Below are positions 28,779-39,474 of a stretch of 40,436 nt of DNA, in pieces (the stretch's first letter is position 1; each line of letters starts with the position of its first letter). The notes beneath the pieces were generated by a model. The model worked only from the letters and a program-made list of their open reading frames with translations, was not told the origin of the DNA and made no database searches. The position numbers and the translations under genes are program-made. The stretch spans positions 1 to 40,436 of the forward strand of contig MRSU01010335.1 of assembly GCA_008369845.1 (NCBI GenBank). Reading direction: 5' to 3'. This stretch comes from Trichomonas gallinae (lineage: Eukaryota).

Positions 28779-29087
28779 ATGGATAACCTCTCAAATGCTT
28801 ATACATTTGAGAACCATCCCATCATCCAGACGGTTAAGTTGAAATCAACTGAGCCATCATCACAAAAGGATGCGTTGTGGGATGTTTTGGTTTATTCATA
28901 TAAAAATATTCCAACAGAAAACGACTTGGCTACCATGTACAAGAGACTGCGAGATAATGAGAAGCTGAAAGACATCGTTTCTTCATTGAATGTCGATTTC
29001 ATTTTTAATCCTTTATGTATAAACCGATTAATACAAACGAAAGATACATCAAATATCGCAATGTTCTACAACTACATTCGGCAATAG
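28779..29087 (+). CDS. Probable N-terminal segment of the BEACH gene, out of frame with the main ORF
   Basis: ATG 28779 follows promoter-like DNA. Coding-like 102 codons overlap the main ORF (open from 29009) in the -1 frame. Confidence 0.6.
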   Translation: MDNLSNAYTFENHPIIQTVKLKSTEPSSQKDALWDVLVYSYKNIPTENDLATMYKRLRDNEKLKDIVSSLNVDFIFNPLCINRLIQTKDTSNIAMFYNYIRQ

Positions 29088-32000
29088 CGTTCATAATATC
29101 AATCGACAGCAGTTTTGATAGTGAAGGCTTTTATGAAATTTTGACAGCCTTAACCTTTATATCCAATCCTCCTTTCTGCAAAATTGCACCGCTTATGTTT
29201 TCTTACATATTGTACTCATCAGTGAAATACATAAATCAGATAAATGTCGAACAAATGTTGGATATTTTAGTTCAGATGACTTCGAAATGCACGAAACCAC
29301 CACAACAACTCATATCAGCGCTACTTTTCATGGTATTTTCGATTAGTTACACAGGAAAAATTGATCACAACACACAAACAATTTTATCTTTTATTAGCGA
29401 AGTAATTTTAACATCACCAGATTCAATAAACGACATGCATGCATCAGCAATCTTTGAAAGATGTTTTGATGATTTTAGAACGCTAAATCTCGCATCAATA
29501 ACATTCGTTCATAAAATCGCAAATAAATTACCATGGAAATCGATTGAAATCTTCTTTTCGGACATTGCCTTCTTCTTCGCTTCTTACATTCATAAGTATA
29601 ACGAAAAATTCCTTGAAAAGTTAAAACCAATCTGTTCGAGAAAGCTTTCGTATCAGGAGCCAGATCCTGATCATACAACGTATCATATAGGATCGCATGA
29701 CGATTCTTCTATTTTGATAAAACCAAGAGATTCGTTTTCCGTTGAATCAATACATCCTAGAGAATCAGTTACAACTAATAATAGCAATGATAAGGCTAAA
29801 TATGACAATATTGCAATATTTCGAAATTCTCAAATCAAATTAATTCAAATTCCAGACGCTTACAAGCTAAAAGTCACAGAAAATTCGATGATGATACAAG
29901 CATTTTCAAATACAAGTCCATTTTTACCAAAATATTCGAAATTTTCTCCGTTTTCTCCTTTTACTCAGCTTTTTTCGCTTCCTCAGGCATTCCTCGATGT
30001 TGAGAGAAGGATAGCATACATAATACGCATAGCACAAATGTATCCAAATGCTGAAAAATGTATTTTCAATTCATTTATGACTTTATTGAAACATAAATTC
30101 GATCTTGATATAGCTTTTGCATTTCTTATCATGATTTCAAAGTTCAAAGAGACTCATGACTGCCATGAATTATATCAATTACTCAAAGAACGTGTTTTCG
30201 ATCCAAGAATAACAATTTACGATGCAAAGAAGGATTTCATTCCATTACTACAACTAAGAATGCTCGCTTACAAAATAATTTTGAATTCAAATAAATTCGA
30301 TATTTATCAGTTTATGGGCGATTATACTTTGTATCCTAAGATAGTTTCAGAAATTATTGCTGTTATCAAAGAGCTTTACTTGCAAAAATCAATTCAAGAG
30401 ATTGTTATTTTTGATATGGCAACAACTCTTTGCAAATTTGTTCCTATCTACATCAATGCTTTCAGAGGATCAGAAAACCAAATGACAGCACCAGTTTTGC
30501 AAATATTCGTTGAATTAATTATGCTTTTCCTCAAAGATGACAATTACAACAAATACTTCATTCACAACGAGTTGTTTATGTCATTGCTTATGTCTTTATT
30601 ATTCGATGACTTGATTGGACCAACAATTTTGAAACAAATAATTATTTTGTTATCAAATGATGACTCCGAGCCATGTTTGAAGAACTTTGCTGCAATATCA
30701 TCCGGAATTATGAAATGTTTCCCAAGCTCTATGCCAGAAAAAGCTTTAAAGCTAATTTCGATTTTATTAATGGGAATTTCAGACATTATTGATGCAAGAG
30801 CAGGTGTTTTCGATTATTTCACAAGTATAATAGAAGACCTCAAATCTATTCTCAACTCTTCCATAGAAAACAACTTTTCCATAGATTGTTTGATTGGAAT
30901 TGTTAATTTCTTGACTTCTGTCTCTAATAACTTCTGGCTGAACAACTCAGAGAGGAAGCTGTTGAGTGACTGCATAATTAGGGTTCACGGAGAGAAGGAT
31001 AACAATCTTTTTAACGCAATGACTTCATTAATTATTGGAAAACGAAATATAACGGATACGAATAGATACATAGAACACCCTCGATATCTGTCGCCTTACT
31101 ACCTAGTTTACAAGGAAAGAGCAGTTGATAAATTATATGAGATGATTAAATTCGCGTATTTCAACAGCATGCAGTGCCATTTAGGACAAATCGACTTATG
31201 CTTACTGCAAAACTGGGAAACAATACAAGAAATTCCACAAAAAGAAATGGAATTATTTATTGAAATCGCAAAAATGTCATCATCAATGAAAGTTGTCAGC
31301 AAGCTGATATCATTCATGTGCGCGCAAGAAGATGGCTCACGTTCTAAGTTCATCGCCAAGATTGTTGACTGCCTAGAACATTTATTCGTGTCAAAGCTAG
31401 ATAATCCTGTTTGTTCATTACCATTATTCAACCAGGAAAACGCAATCATTGTAAAACCATTGAAAACAATGAACGCAGACTTGTCGTTCTTGATGTGGGT
31501 GATGTACGACAATGGATCAGAGAAATCAAATCTGTTAAAAGCATCTATTGGCTCTAAATCATTGCAAATGATACTAGAGAAAAACGAGTTATTTGTCACT
31601 TATGATGATATCAAAATCTCGTATTTACTCAGTGGAATGGTACCAAATAAATGGACATTGTTAGCGTTCACTTTCGGCCAGAATGGAATAGAACTGACAT
31701 GCAACAAGAAGAGTTATAGGTTCCCGTTCCCATTCAACATACAAAGAGCATCAGAGATATATTTAGGATTTGCAGGCGAACCTGTTAAGCATCCGTCAAG
31801 ACTAGGACCTTTCTCTGTAACGTACGACATGTCTCCGATGGATCTAGAGAATATCAAGAAGATTGGCCCGCATTCATATCTATTCCCGAACACTTTAATT
31901 TCTATGGCAACTGAATGCCAAGAACATGTTATATACCTCGAAAGGAATCAACACAAAAAAGAGATTTATGTTAAACTGCTTAACACAGGAATTCCAGCAG

Positions 32001-35000
32001 TTTTCGGCTTCTCAGATATATTAATAAGATTCTTCACTGTCCAAGCACTTATTCCGATTTTCGCTCAAATATTACTGAAGTCGCAAGAAAACGAAAATAT
32101 TTTGGTTAATGTCATTTCACTTTTCAGGATTTTATTCACAGTTTCACGAAGAACTGAGAAGTTCTTTGTCGACGAAAAATGCTGGCAGATTATATCTTAT
32201 TTGTTGTCGAATTACGTAGAGTTGTTAACTGAAGTAACTTTTAATAGTTTCTATGATATATTTTTGCATTCTTCCTACATCGAATTCAAGGAAAGTTTGC
32301 TGAGAAATATTCTGATTAATCCTGAATTGTGGATCAAAGCGTCAACAGATGTGTGCGTTAGAGTCACATATCACTGGTTTAACACTATTTTGCCACTAGG
32401 AGAAGAGTTTCATTTGCATTTTTCACATTATTACGCGGATTTCATTAGCACTTTATGGAAAACGTCATTAGATCAAATCGAAGCTATACACTTGATAAGG
32501 ACACATGCTATGCAGGCCTTGATAACAATAGGAAACGCGAAATTCACTGAAATGGACTTCAAAATCGTTTTCGATAACATTATGGCATCAGACAACGAAA
32601 AAGTTATAACCGATTCATTGGAAATTCTCCAAGGCTTGGCTCTTTCGTCTTCAAAGCCATTTAAAGGTGTCACAGGTCTATTCAAGTATTTTCCGAAAAT
32701 TGTAGAGCTCACTGCAAACGGAAATGAAAATGTTGCTTTATCTATAGTCAAAACATTCAGCTGTTTCGTTGATGCAGGAATTTTCACGCCGAAATTTTTG
32801 AACATAATTATCGAAATATTCTGTCTGAGTGTTGGCAGCCAATACCACACACCACAATTCCTCACGAGCCTCTGCAAGTTATCAGAGACAAGACCAGAGC
32901 TTTTGCAGCTCTGTTTTGCGACAATTACTTATAATCCCTTATTGATTCCTTCTTTAATTAAAAGCGGAATTCGTCCAGATCCAATTTACGCAGTAACAAA
33001 AGCATGGAGCTTCTGGCCGATCGTTTGCGCGTGCGCGAATCCTGAAGAATTGACTCTGAGGTTTATCATTAATTTCGTTCTCTCTTGCACGCCAAAAGAT
33101 TGGACGACAGCCTTCTTGATTACATTAATGATTGCTCCATCGAATTTACCCGTCAGGTCTTTCATTTACGAAGCATTAACGAAAGCTATACAATGCATAC
33201 ACACATTCACCGAAGCACAAATAACAGATCTACTGAATTTCGCGATTTTCTATATATTCTACAAAACAAATGAAAACAGAAAAGATGTTTTCTCGATGAA
33301 ATACAACATTTTGCCAGAAAAGCCAAAACGCGTTGAAGAAAAAGTGAAAGCAATCTTGGACAAGATCAATACTTCACTGCAGCCATCTAAACTAGTCTAC
33401 GGATTAGATATTGGCCTCGATGAAAACGGAAATGTCACGTGGAGAGATTCAAACATCGCTGAGTTAATCATAGAAATTCTCAACAATGTTTCGATAAAAA
33501 TTTTCGATGACGTAGGCGCGATTTTGTGCACATTTTTGATTCATTCAAAGAAGGAAGCCACACTGAAGTCAATTGTCAAATACGCAGAGATACACCAGCC
33601 TTCTTTCGGCCCGCAGAACCTGCTGAATTACGCGTTGCATAAAGGAGAAGATATGCATTTCGACAAAAGTTTAACCGTAGCAATTCCAGACTTTTTGCAT
33701 AGCTTTGAGATGAAAAGGAATTATTTCATCGTTGAAACAGCAATCCTTGCAAAGTTCATCGGCAAATACAGAGCCCACGTTCAAACAAAACTCGCAAAAT
33801 ACAGACAATCAGACTCATTTGAATATAATCTAGAAAAACGAACAATGTGGCACTGGAATTCGATCGATGGATTAATAGAGAAAATCAAGATGGAGAGGAA
33901 GAACGCGCAAATCGGCTGGAGGACTCTCTGGTCAATGCAGACGAGAAGCTGCGCGCCATGGCACAATTCTATTCACAACAATGATGTCGTTGCTTACAAA
34001 CTCGATACAACAATCACAGCACACTATTGCCCAATGAAACTGAAATTAAACAAGAAGTTCGATGACCACAAAGAAGCCAGCTACGCAAGAGACAGCGGCA
34101 GCCAAGTCAAAGCACAAGAAATGGTTAGAAAATACTTGGAAGAAAACAGACCAGTTGAAACGCTCCCGCAATTGCTATCTGTTAGTGAACTCAACAGCAG
34201 TGAGATTTCCAACTACGAAAACGACGACCAAGGCGAGTTATTCAGTGATGATGCCGAACAGATCAAATTGCTGTCCACTAAAAATGTTAGATTCTCTATT
34301 AAGCCAAAATTCATCACAATAACAAACAAAGACACAAAGGACACAATATTCATCAACGCTGGATCAGTGACAATGGCTTTGCTGAGGATGTTTACTATGC
34401 ATCCAACAGGCTTAGAAATATTCACAGATCTTGGTGCATCATATTTGATTCACTTATTGAACGAAGACGCAATTAAAGCACTGAAAGCAATGGCGAGGAG
34501 CAGATACTACTCTAAAGCAAAGATACAAACAGTCAGATTCACAGAATTCATCCAGAAATTCGATGAAATGAAGAAGTGGATCAACAGGGAAATTTCCAAT
34601 TTCGAGTACTTAATGTTCTTGAACATAATCAGCGGAAGAACATTCAATGATTCATCTATGTATCCAGTTTTCCCGTGGGTTGTCACTGACTATGACTGCG
34701 AGGATGTCAAAGACGCTCAGTTAAGAGACATGTCAAAGCCAATAGGTTGGTACGGAGAAAGCAGAAGAAAGGAGATAAATATGAGGATGAAAGACATGAG
34801 CAGTTTCGGAGAGAAAGAGTTCATGTTCAGTTCTTGTTATTCCACACCTTTGAGCGTCTTCTTGTATAACCTGAGAATGGAGCCATTCACGACATTACAC
34901 ATAAGAATGCAGAGCGGAAAATTCGATCATTCAGCCAGATTGTTTAACAGCGTCAATGATGCATTCAGAATGGTCACATCTCACGTTAATGATTATAGGG

Positions 35001-36325
35001 AGCTTATTCCTGAGTTCTTCTATAACACTGCGATATTCGAGAACAGGAACAACTTCGATCTCGGTCAAGTCGGTGGAAGAGACTGCAGCAACGTGAAACT
35101 GCCAGCCTGGTCACACGGAAGTCCACTCGAATTCGTCTACGAACACAGAAAAGCGCTGGAAAGAGCGAACGATATCGAAAAGTGGATCGACTTGATCTGG
35201 GGAGTCGACAGCAGAGGCCAAAACGCATACAACAAGTACAATCTTTTCGATCCACACATGTACGCTGAAGTCTGGAACTCGCCTGAAAACAGGAAAGACC
35301 CAATGAAGTCTATGATAGAAGCGACGATGACAAACTGCGGCCAAATTCCTCCGCAGTTATTCTCATCCGAGCATCCATCAAGAAAGGATGTAACAATTAC
35401 AGAGACAAAAACAAGGTTGATTGAAACAAATATTTCATCGATGATCGGCTGCCAGATTGATTACGAGTCCAACAACGTTTTCATTATTTCAGCGACAGGC
35501 CAGATTTACATCATCCCTATCAACGGCGAAACGCCTTACCTAAAGGGCGAAATCGACCCAGAAATCGTGACAAGGAGGAAGGGAAGAATCACTGCAAAAA
35601 TCGGCAACAATCTACTGATCTGCACGAACACAAGCTTCGTTCTCGCATTCGACATAGTCAAGGGCGAAGTTAAGAAGTATTCATCGCACTACGGAACTGT
35701 TTCTTGCATTGCAGCAGACAAGAACTTGTTCGCGTCCGGTGGTGTAGATACATCAATAAGAGTGATGACGTCTAATTTCGAGCCTTTCTTCACTTTCGTT
35801 ACACATTCAGACGAAGTCACAGCAATTGCCACATCGTCGATCTTCAAGATAATTGTCGCGACGACACATGATGGAAGAGTTTTCATTATCGATCAAAGGA
35901 AGCAAGAAGTATATAAAGAGATAACAATAGAAAACGCTTTCCCGAGAAAGGTTGTTATTTCTCCAGGCTGGGGCTTCATCATTGTCAACTACACGAAGAA
36001 TGACAACGCAGTTGAGAATAGCTACATCGCTGTATATACTGTCAACGGGGAATTAGTAAGAAACTTCAAAGTGCCGTCAACAATTACTTCGATGTTTGCT
36101 TTCGAAAACTCGCAGGGCTTCGATTACGTTATCGCTGGATTTGAGAAAGGATATGTTTATGCTTTCGAGGCATTTTATGGCGCAACAGACAAATTGATAA
36201 GAATTTGCGATGTCCAAGAAAATATTATTGCTGTTTCTCATTCAGAAACTCGCCATGAGTTTTGTATTGTTTCTTTATCAGGGAAAATTTATTTTTACGG
36301 AGATGTTATGTTATCTAAATTATAA
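29015..36325 (+). CDS. Beige/BEACH domain protein (ARM-like, ConA-like, PH-BEACH, WD40)
   Basis: ISNFEYLMFLNIISGRTFND..YPVFPW, GKFDHSARLF, ELIPEFFY, WIDLIWG, GQIPPQLF...HP.R; C-terminal WD40s. True start probably 28779 via a frameshift. Confidence 0.93.
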   Translation: MYKPINTNERYIKYRNVLQLHSAIAFIISIDSSFDSEGFYEILTALTFISNPPFCKIAPLMFSYILYSSVKYINQINVEQMLDILVQMTSKCTKPPQQLISALLFMVFSISYTGKIDHNTQTILSFISEVILTSPDSINDMHASAIFERCFDDFRTLNLASITFVHKIANKLPWKSIEIFFSDIAFFFASYIHKYNEKFLEKLKPICSRKLSYQEPDPDHTTYHIGSHDDSSILIKPRDSFSVESIHPRESVTTNNSNDKAKYDNIAIFRNSQIKLIQIPDAYKLKVTENSMMIQAFSNTSPFLPKYSKFSPFSPFTQLFSLPQAFLDVERRIAYIIRIAQMYPNAEKCIFNSFMTLLKHKFDLDIAFAFLIMISKFKETHDCHELYQLLKERVFDPRITIYDAKKDFIPLLQLRMLAYKIILNSNKFDIYQFMGDYTLYPKIVSEIIAVIKELYLQKSIQEIVIFDMATTLCKFVPIYINAFRGSENQMTAPVLQIFVELIMLFLKDDNYNKYFIHNELFMSLLMSLLFDDLIGPTILKQIIILLSNDDSEPCLKNFAAISSGIMKCFPSSMPEKALKLISILLMGISDIIDARAGVFDYFTSIIEDLKSILNSSIENNFSIDCLIGIVNFLTSVSNNFWLNNSERKLLSDCIIRVHGEKDNNLFNAMTSLIIGKRNITDTNRYIEHPRYLSPYYLVYKERAVDKLYEMIKFAYFNSMQCHLGQIDLCLLQNWETIQEIPQKEMELFIEIAKMSSSMKVVSKLISFMCAQEDGSRSKFIAKIVDCLEHLFVSKLDNPVCSLPLFNQENAIIVKPLKTMNADLSFLMWVMYDNGSEKSNLLKASIGSKSLQMILEKNELFVTYDDIKISYLLSGMVPNKWTLLAFTFGQNGIELTCNKKSYRFPFPFNIQRASEIYLGFAGEPVKHPSRLGPFSVTYDMSPMDLENIKKIGPHSYLFPNTLISMATECQEHVIYLERNQHKKEIYVKLLNTGIPAVFGFSDILIRFFTVQALIPIFAQILLKSQENENILVNVISLFRILFTVSRRTEKFFVDEKCWQIISYLLSNYVELLTEVTFNSFYDIFLHSSYIEFKESLLRNILINPELWIKASTDVCVRVTYHWFNTILPLGEEFHLHFSHYYADFISTLWKTSLDQIEAIHLIRTHAMQALITIGNAKFTEMDFKIVFDNIMASDNEKVITDSLEILQGLALSSSKPFKGVTGLFKYFPKIVELTANGNENVALSIVKTFSCFVDAGIFTPKFLNIIIEIFCLSVGSQYHTPQFLTSLCKLSETRPELLQLCFATITYNPLLIPSLIKSGIRPDPIYAVTKAWSFWPIVCACANPEELTLRFIINFVLSCTPKDWTTAFLITLMIAPSNLPVRSFIYEALTKAIQCIHTFTEAQITDLLNFAIFYIFYKTNENRKDVFSMKYNILPEKPKRVEEKVKAILDKINTSLQPSKLVYGLDIGLDENGNVTWRDSNIAELIIEILNNVSIKIFDDVGAILCTFLIHSKKEATLKSIVKYAEIHQPSFGPQNLLNYALHKGEDMHFDKSLTVAIPDFLHSFEMKRNYFIVETAILAKFIGKYRAHVQTKLAKYRQSDSFEYNLEKRTMWHWNSIDGLIEKIKMERKNAQIGWRTLWSMQTRSCAPWHNSIHNNDVVAYKLDTTITAHYCPMKLKLNKKFDDHKEASYARDSGSQVKAQEMVRKYLEENRPVETLPQLLSVSELNSSEISNYENDDQGELFSDDAEQIKLLSTKNVRFSIKPKFITITNKDTKDTIFINAGSVTMALLRMFTMHPTGLEIFTDLGASYLIHLLNEDAIKALKAMARSRYYSKAKIQTVRFTEFIQKFDEMKKWINREISNFEYLMFLNIISGRTFNDSSMYPVFPWVVTDYDCEDVKDAQLRDMSKPIGWYGESRRKEINMRMKDMSSFGEKEFMFSSCYSTPLSVFLYNLRMEPFTTLHIRMQSGKFDHSARLFNSVNDAFRMVTSHVNDYRELIPEFFYNTAIFENRNNFDLGQVGGRDCSNVKLPAWSHGSPLEFVYEHRKALERANDIEKWIDLIWGVDSRGQNAYNKYNLFDPHMYAEVWNSPENRKDPMKSMIEATMTNCGQIPPQLFSSEHPSRKDVTITETKTRLIETNISSMIGCQIDYESNNVFIISATGQIYIIPINGETPYLKGEIDPEIVTRRKGRITAKIGNNLLICTNTSFVLAFDIVKGEVKKYSSHYGTVSCIAADKNLFASGGVDTSIRVMTSNFEPFFTFVTHSDEVTAIATSSIFKIIVATTHDGRVFIIDQRKQEVYKEITIENAFPRKVVISPGWGFIIVNYTKNDNAVENSYIAVYTVNGELVRNFKVPSTITSMFAFENSQGFDYVIAGFEKGYVYAFEAFYGATDKLIRICDVQENIIAVSHSETRHEFCIVSLSGKIYFYGDVMLSKL

Positions 36326-36638
36326 AGTTTAATGTTTATTGTTTTAAATCAACTTTTAGTATTTTTTCGTTGTTCACTTCTATATCATACTAATTTTTAT
36401 TAAAAAATTCTAGTAATTAAATCAAATTTATAAAAAACTGCTTAAAAGCTTTAATCAACTATGATATATCATTGACTCATCAAGTAGTTAATTATGAGTA
36501 AGTTTTAGGAAGTTATCTGCAAATTAAATTTTTTTCAATAAAATAATCTTAAGATATTGTGGATAAAGATAGAAAAATAGATCTTAAAACAAATAAGCAT
36601 TTACCATATAACGATATATCCTCGATAGGGCAAATTAA

Positions 36639-37259
36639 TTACATTTTCTTGAGAATCTCTAACATGAATGGGCATTGGCTCTTTATCTCCTTATGAAGGG
36701 TTCTAAGCATGAGTGACTGTTTCTTTAATTCAGCTTTGACGGCTGTAAACTTCTCTTGAGCTTGTTGATGAGATTCTTCGTCAGATACTTGAGCAAAATC
36801 AATCTTGAATATCTCAACTTCTTTGAATGACAAAATATCCAAGAAAATCAAGTATCCTGATGTTTCATTTGTTGTAACGAAGTAAACTGTTGATTCAATT
36901 TGCTCTTGTGATTCCTTTTTCTGTGATTTTTTAGTGAATTTGCTCTGGCTGTTGTTAAGGAGTCTAGCAATTTCTTCTGGGAACATTGAAAAATCAATAC
37001 ACAGTTCTTTTTCTTCGCGAAGCTTGTCAAACAGCTGCGCGTCGTAATGTGCACGCAGTAGTGTGTATAAATTCGAGTCAAATGTGATTTCTAAGTCGAG
37101 AGAAATTAAATTCCCTTTTTCTTCATCTTCTTTATCGCCGTATTTTTCTCCTTCGCGTGTTTCAATCATCTTGATATTCGCGAAAATCGCTTCTATACTG
37201 TTATCTTGTATGTCACGCTTCTCGATTTCGATCTCCTTCTCATATGTTATTTTAGGCAT
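36639..37259 (-). CDS. SAS6L: SAS-6 head-domain protein, SAS6-like (short form)
   Basis: LEITFDSNLY...FDKLREEKELCIDFSMFPEEIARLLN...L.F.....FKEVEI..IDF...SDE follows the SAS-6 N-terminal pattern, with only a short coil after it. First ATG at 37259; AAAGTGAC at 37283-37276. Confidence 0.78.
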   Translation of the reverse strand: MPKITYEKEIEIEKRDIQDNSIEAIFANIKMIETREGEKYGDKEDEEKGNLISLDLEITFDSNLYTLLRAHYDAQLFDKLREEKELCIDFSMFPEEIARLLNNSQSKFTKKSQKKESQEQIESTVYFVTTNETSGYLIFLDILSFKEVEIFKIDFAQVSDEESHQQAQEKFTAVKAELKKQSLMLRTLHKEIKSQCPFMLEILKKM

Positions 37260-37307
37260 TTGTAGTAAACGTATTGTCACTTTTCATCATCATTCAAAAA
37301 AACTCGT

Positions 37308-37600
37308 TTTCAAGCAATTTAAATTTAATATTTGCTATATACGAGAGCTAACATAGTTATAATCAAATTATCTCTAAAAATTATTGTTATATTTTTATTT
37401 TTTATTTTTAGATATTTTCAAGCAAATTTAATATAATATTTGCTATGTATGAGAAATAATATAGCTATATTCGAAATATATTTAAAAATTATTGTTATAA
37501 TTTTAATTTGTATTATTCGAAATTTTTGAGCCATTTAAATATAATATTTGCTATATATGAGAGCTAAAATAGATATATTCGAATATATAACAAATAATTA
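37308..37600. repeat. About 2.7 tandem copies of a 108-bp AT-rich unit
   Basis: AATATTTGCTAT at 37327, 37435, 37543; AAAAATTATTGTTATA recurs at the same period. Confidence 0.85.
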
Positions 37601-37759
37601 AGCTATATTTGGAGAACTACTCGTAATTCGATATGTATATCATTAATTATATCAGGAAATGGGTTATATATTCGAATATAGCTGATAGTCCATGATCCTA
37701 TATATAATTTCGCAGGATTGAAGGTGTTTTGGGATTTAATTGTTGAGACTTTTGTCTCA

Positions 37760-38280
37760 ATTTTGTCTTTTTGTCAATTCCAGGAACTTTGAGAAGGTGT
37801 TTGACAAACTCCACGATGACGGTTTTCAGAAGCTTCAATTAATGCTGTAAAGTTGTAGTTGTTTCGTGCGCTGACATCTATTCCGGGAACTGTGAGAAGG
37901 AGTTTGACATGATGACCATTTCTTGAAGCCAAAATCAAAGCTTTTGGAATAATATGATAATAATTGTTGCTTCCACTAAATTCCATGATGAGGCGAGCAA
38001 GCTGAAAATTACATACTTTAATTAAACGATCAAAAATAGTTTCACTGAAGATCTTCATTTTCAATATTGCAGAATTCCTCTTTCACAGCAAAATTCATAG
38101 GATTAAAATCATTTTTTGTTGCGATTCGATTGAGTATATCATAAATTTTGTTGAACATTGCCTTTGTCTTTTGTATAATTTTTTAAGATCTTCAATATTT
38201 CTATTAACTGGTTTATCATCTGTCTTTGTGTGCACATTCTGTGACTGGGTGTACGAAATTTGTCTAGATTGGAACTTACG
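37760..38280 (-). pseudogene. Ankyrin-repeat protein pseudogene
   Basis: ALILASRNGHHVKLLLTVPGIDVSARNNYNFTALIEASENRH, then a frameshift to VEFVKHLLKVPGID. Upstream pieces (NIEDLKKLY; FNKIYDILNRIATKND...FAVKEEF) lie in different frames. Confidence 0.8.
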
Positions 38281-38425
38281 AAATACGGACTAATGTACAG
38301 TTTTTTTTAAATTTCATTTTTTTGGCATAATTATATTTGAAAAAGTGAGTTTTAATTTATATGGTTTATATATCTGTCGGAAAATTATGTTTTATAAAAT
38401 TTGGCGCCAAAAAAATAAAAATCGA

Positions 38426-39034
38426 ATGAGTCACGCTGCGGGAAACACAGATTTTGTTAAACTTCTCGACAGCTTCTTTAATTTCCCATCAGCACATGAT
38501 ATGACTCTCGAGCAGCTTAGATTCAAACAGAAACAAATATTTTCAGAACAAGCGATGCGCTTAGTTGCCTGCGATAAAGAAAATTCCACGCTGTTAAAAC
38601 GAAAAAGGGCACATTTAGTTAACTGTATATCATCAAGAGCTGCGATTCAAGACGTTGAAGATTCTTTCATCGAAAAATCAAGCTTGAGAATACAAGAGAT
38701 CAACAATTTCGTGGATAAATGCAAGTCTGAATGCAAAATATCAAATGAAGACTACGAAAATTCAAAGAAAGATTTAATTGAAAAGTTAAATAATCTAAAA
38801 TCAGAATATGAAACTATAACAAGCGAAATAGCATCACTTGAGCGACAGGAAGAGCGATATTACCAAATACAAAGTCAATATGAGCTATCAAAACAAGTTG
38901 AAGCAATGAAAAAAGAAGAAGCAACGCTGAAAGAAACATTAGCGAGCTTATCATCTAAAACATCAAAGCCTGCTGAACCAGCTCCTAGTGGAAGATTAGC
39001 ATTATCTCTCAATAAACGAGTGAAAATGCAATAA
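38426..39034 (+). CDS. Hypothetical coiled-coil protein
   Basis: About 202-aa ORF from MSHAAG with a heptad-rich C-terminal half. Confidence 0.78.
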   Translation: MSHAAGNTDFVKLLDSFFNFPSAHDMTLEQLRFKQKQIFSEQAMRLVACDKENSTLLKRKRAHLVNCISSRAAIQDVEDSFIEKSSLRIQEINNFVDKCKSECKISNEDYENSKKDLIEKLNNLKSEYETITSEIASLERQEERYYQIQSQYELSKQVEAMKKEEATLKETLASLSSKTSKPAEPAPSGRLALSLNKRVKMQ

Positions 39035-39474
39035 TTCATTAATCGTACCATTCAAAGAATATATATTTAATCTTTGCATGGCATTATCATATATGATATT
39101 TTTCGAAAATATATTTCTTGGAATTGATCTGTGCTTGATATAATAAATTGTTTTTTAGTTGTTATTGAATTATTTTATCATAGATATTTTTCTTTTTAAC
39201 CTCTTAATAAAATTTCAAAATTGTATATAGTTGATTTCAACCTTTGTATATACTAAAACATGCTATGTTGATGATATAAATAAAATATTTATAATTCATG
39301 ATCAAAGGTAAAAAGATCGATTAAATCGCTTGCTAATTTGTCTAATATTAACAATTGTTCAATGTGAACTATAAAATATCAACTAATATAATCTCGTCAT
39401 TTATTGACACGTTATAATAATTCTACATACAATTTTTAAAATAAGAAGGGTGAAATAATTTTTACTTCAAGGAA

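Noticed and set aside
29017..29087. Short intron explaining the BEACH frame break
   Set aside because: Candidate GT-AG lengths (27 and 25 nt) give the wrong phase and lack a branch point.
14541..37259. Cluster of flagellar or centriolar genes (CFAP52-like, delta-tubulin, SAS6L)
   Set aside because: Spread over 23 kb among unrelated genes on both strands; no evidence of a functional cluster.
37308..37600. CRISPR-like array
   Set aside because: Whole units are homologous with no unique spacers, there are no cas genes, and the genome is eukaryotic.
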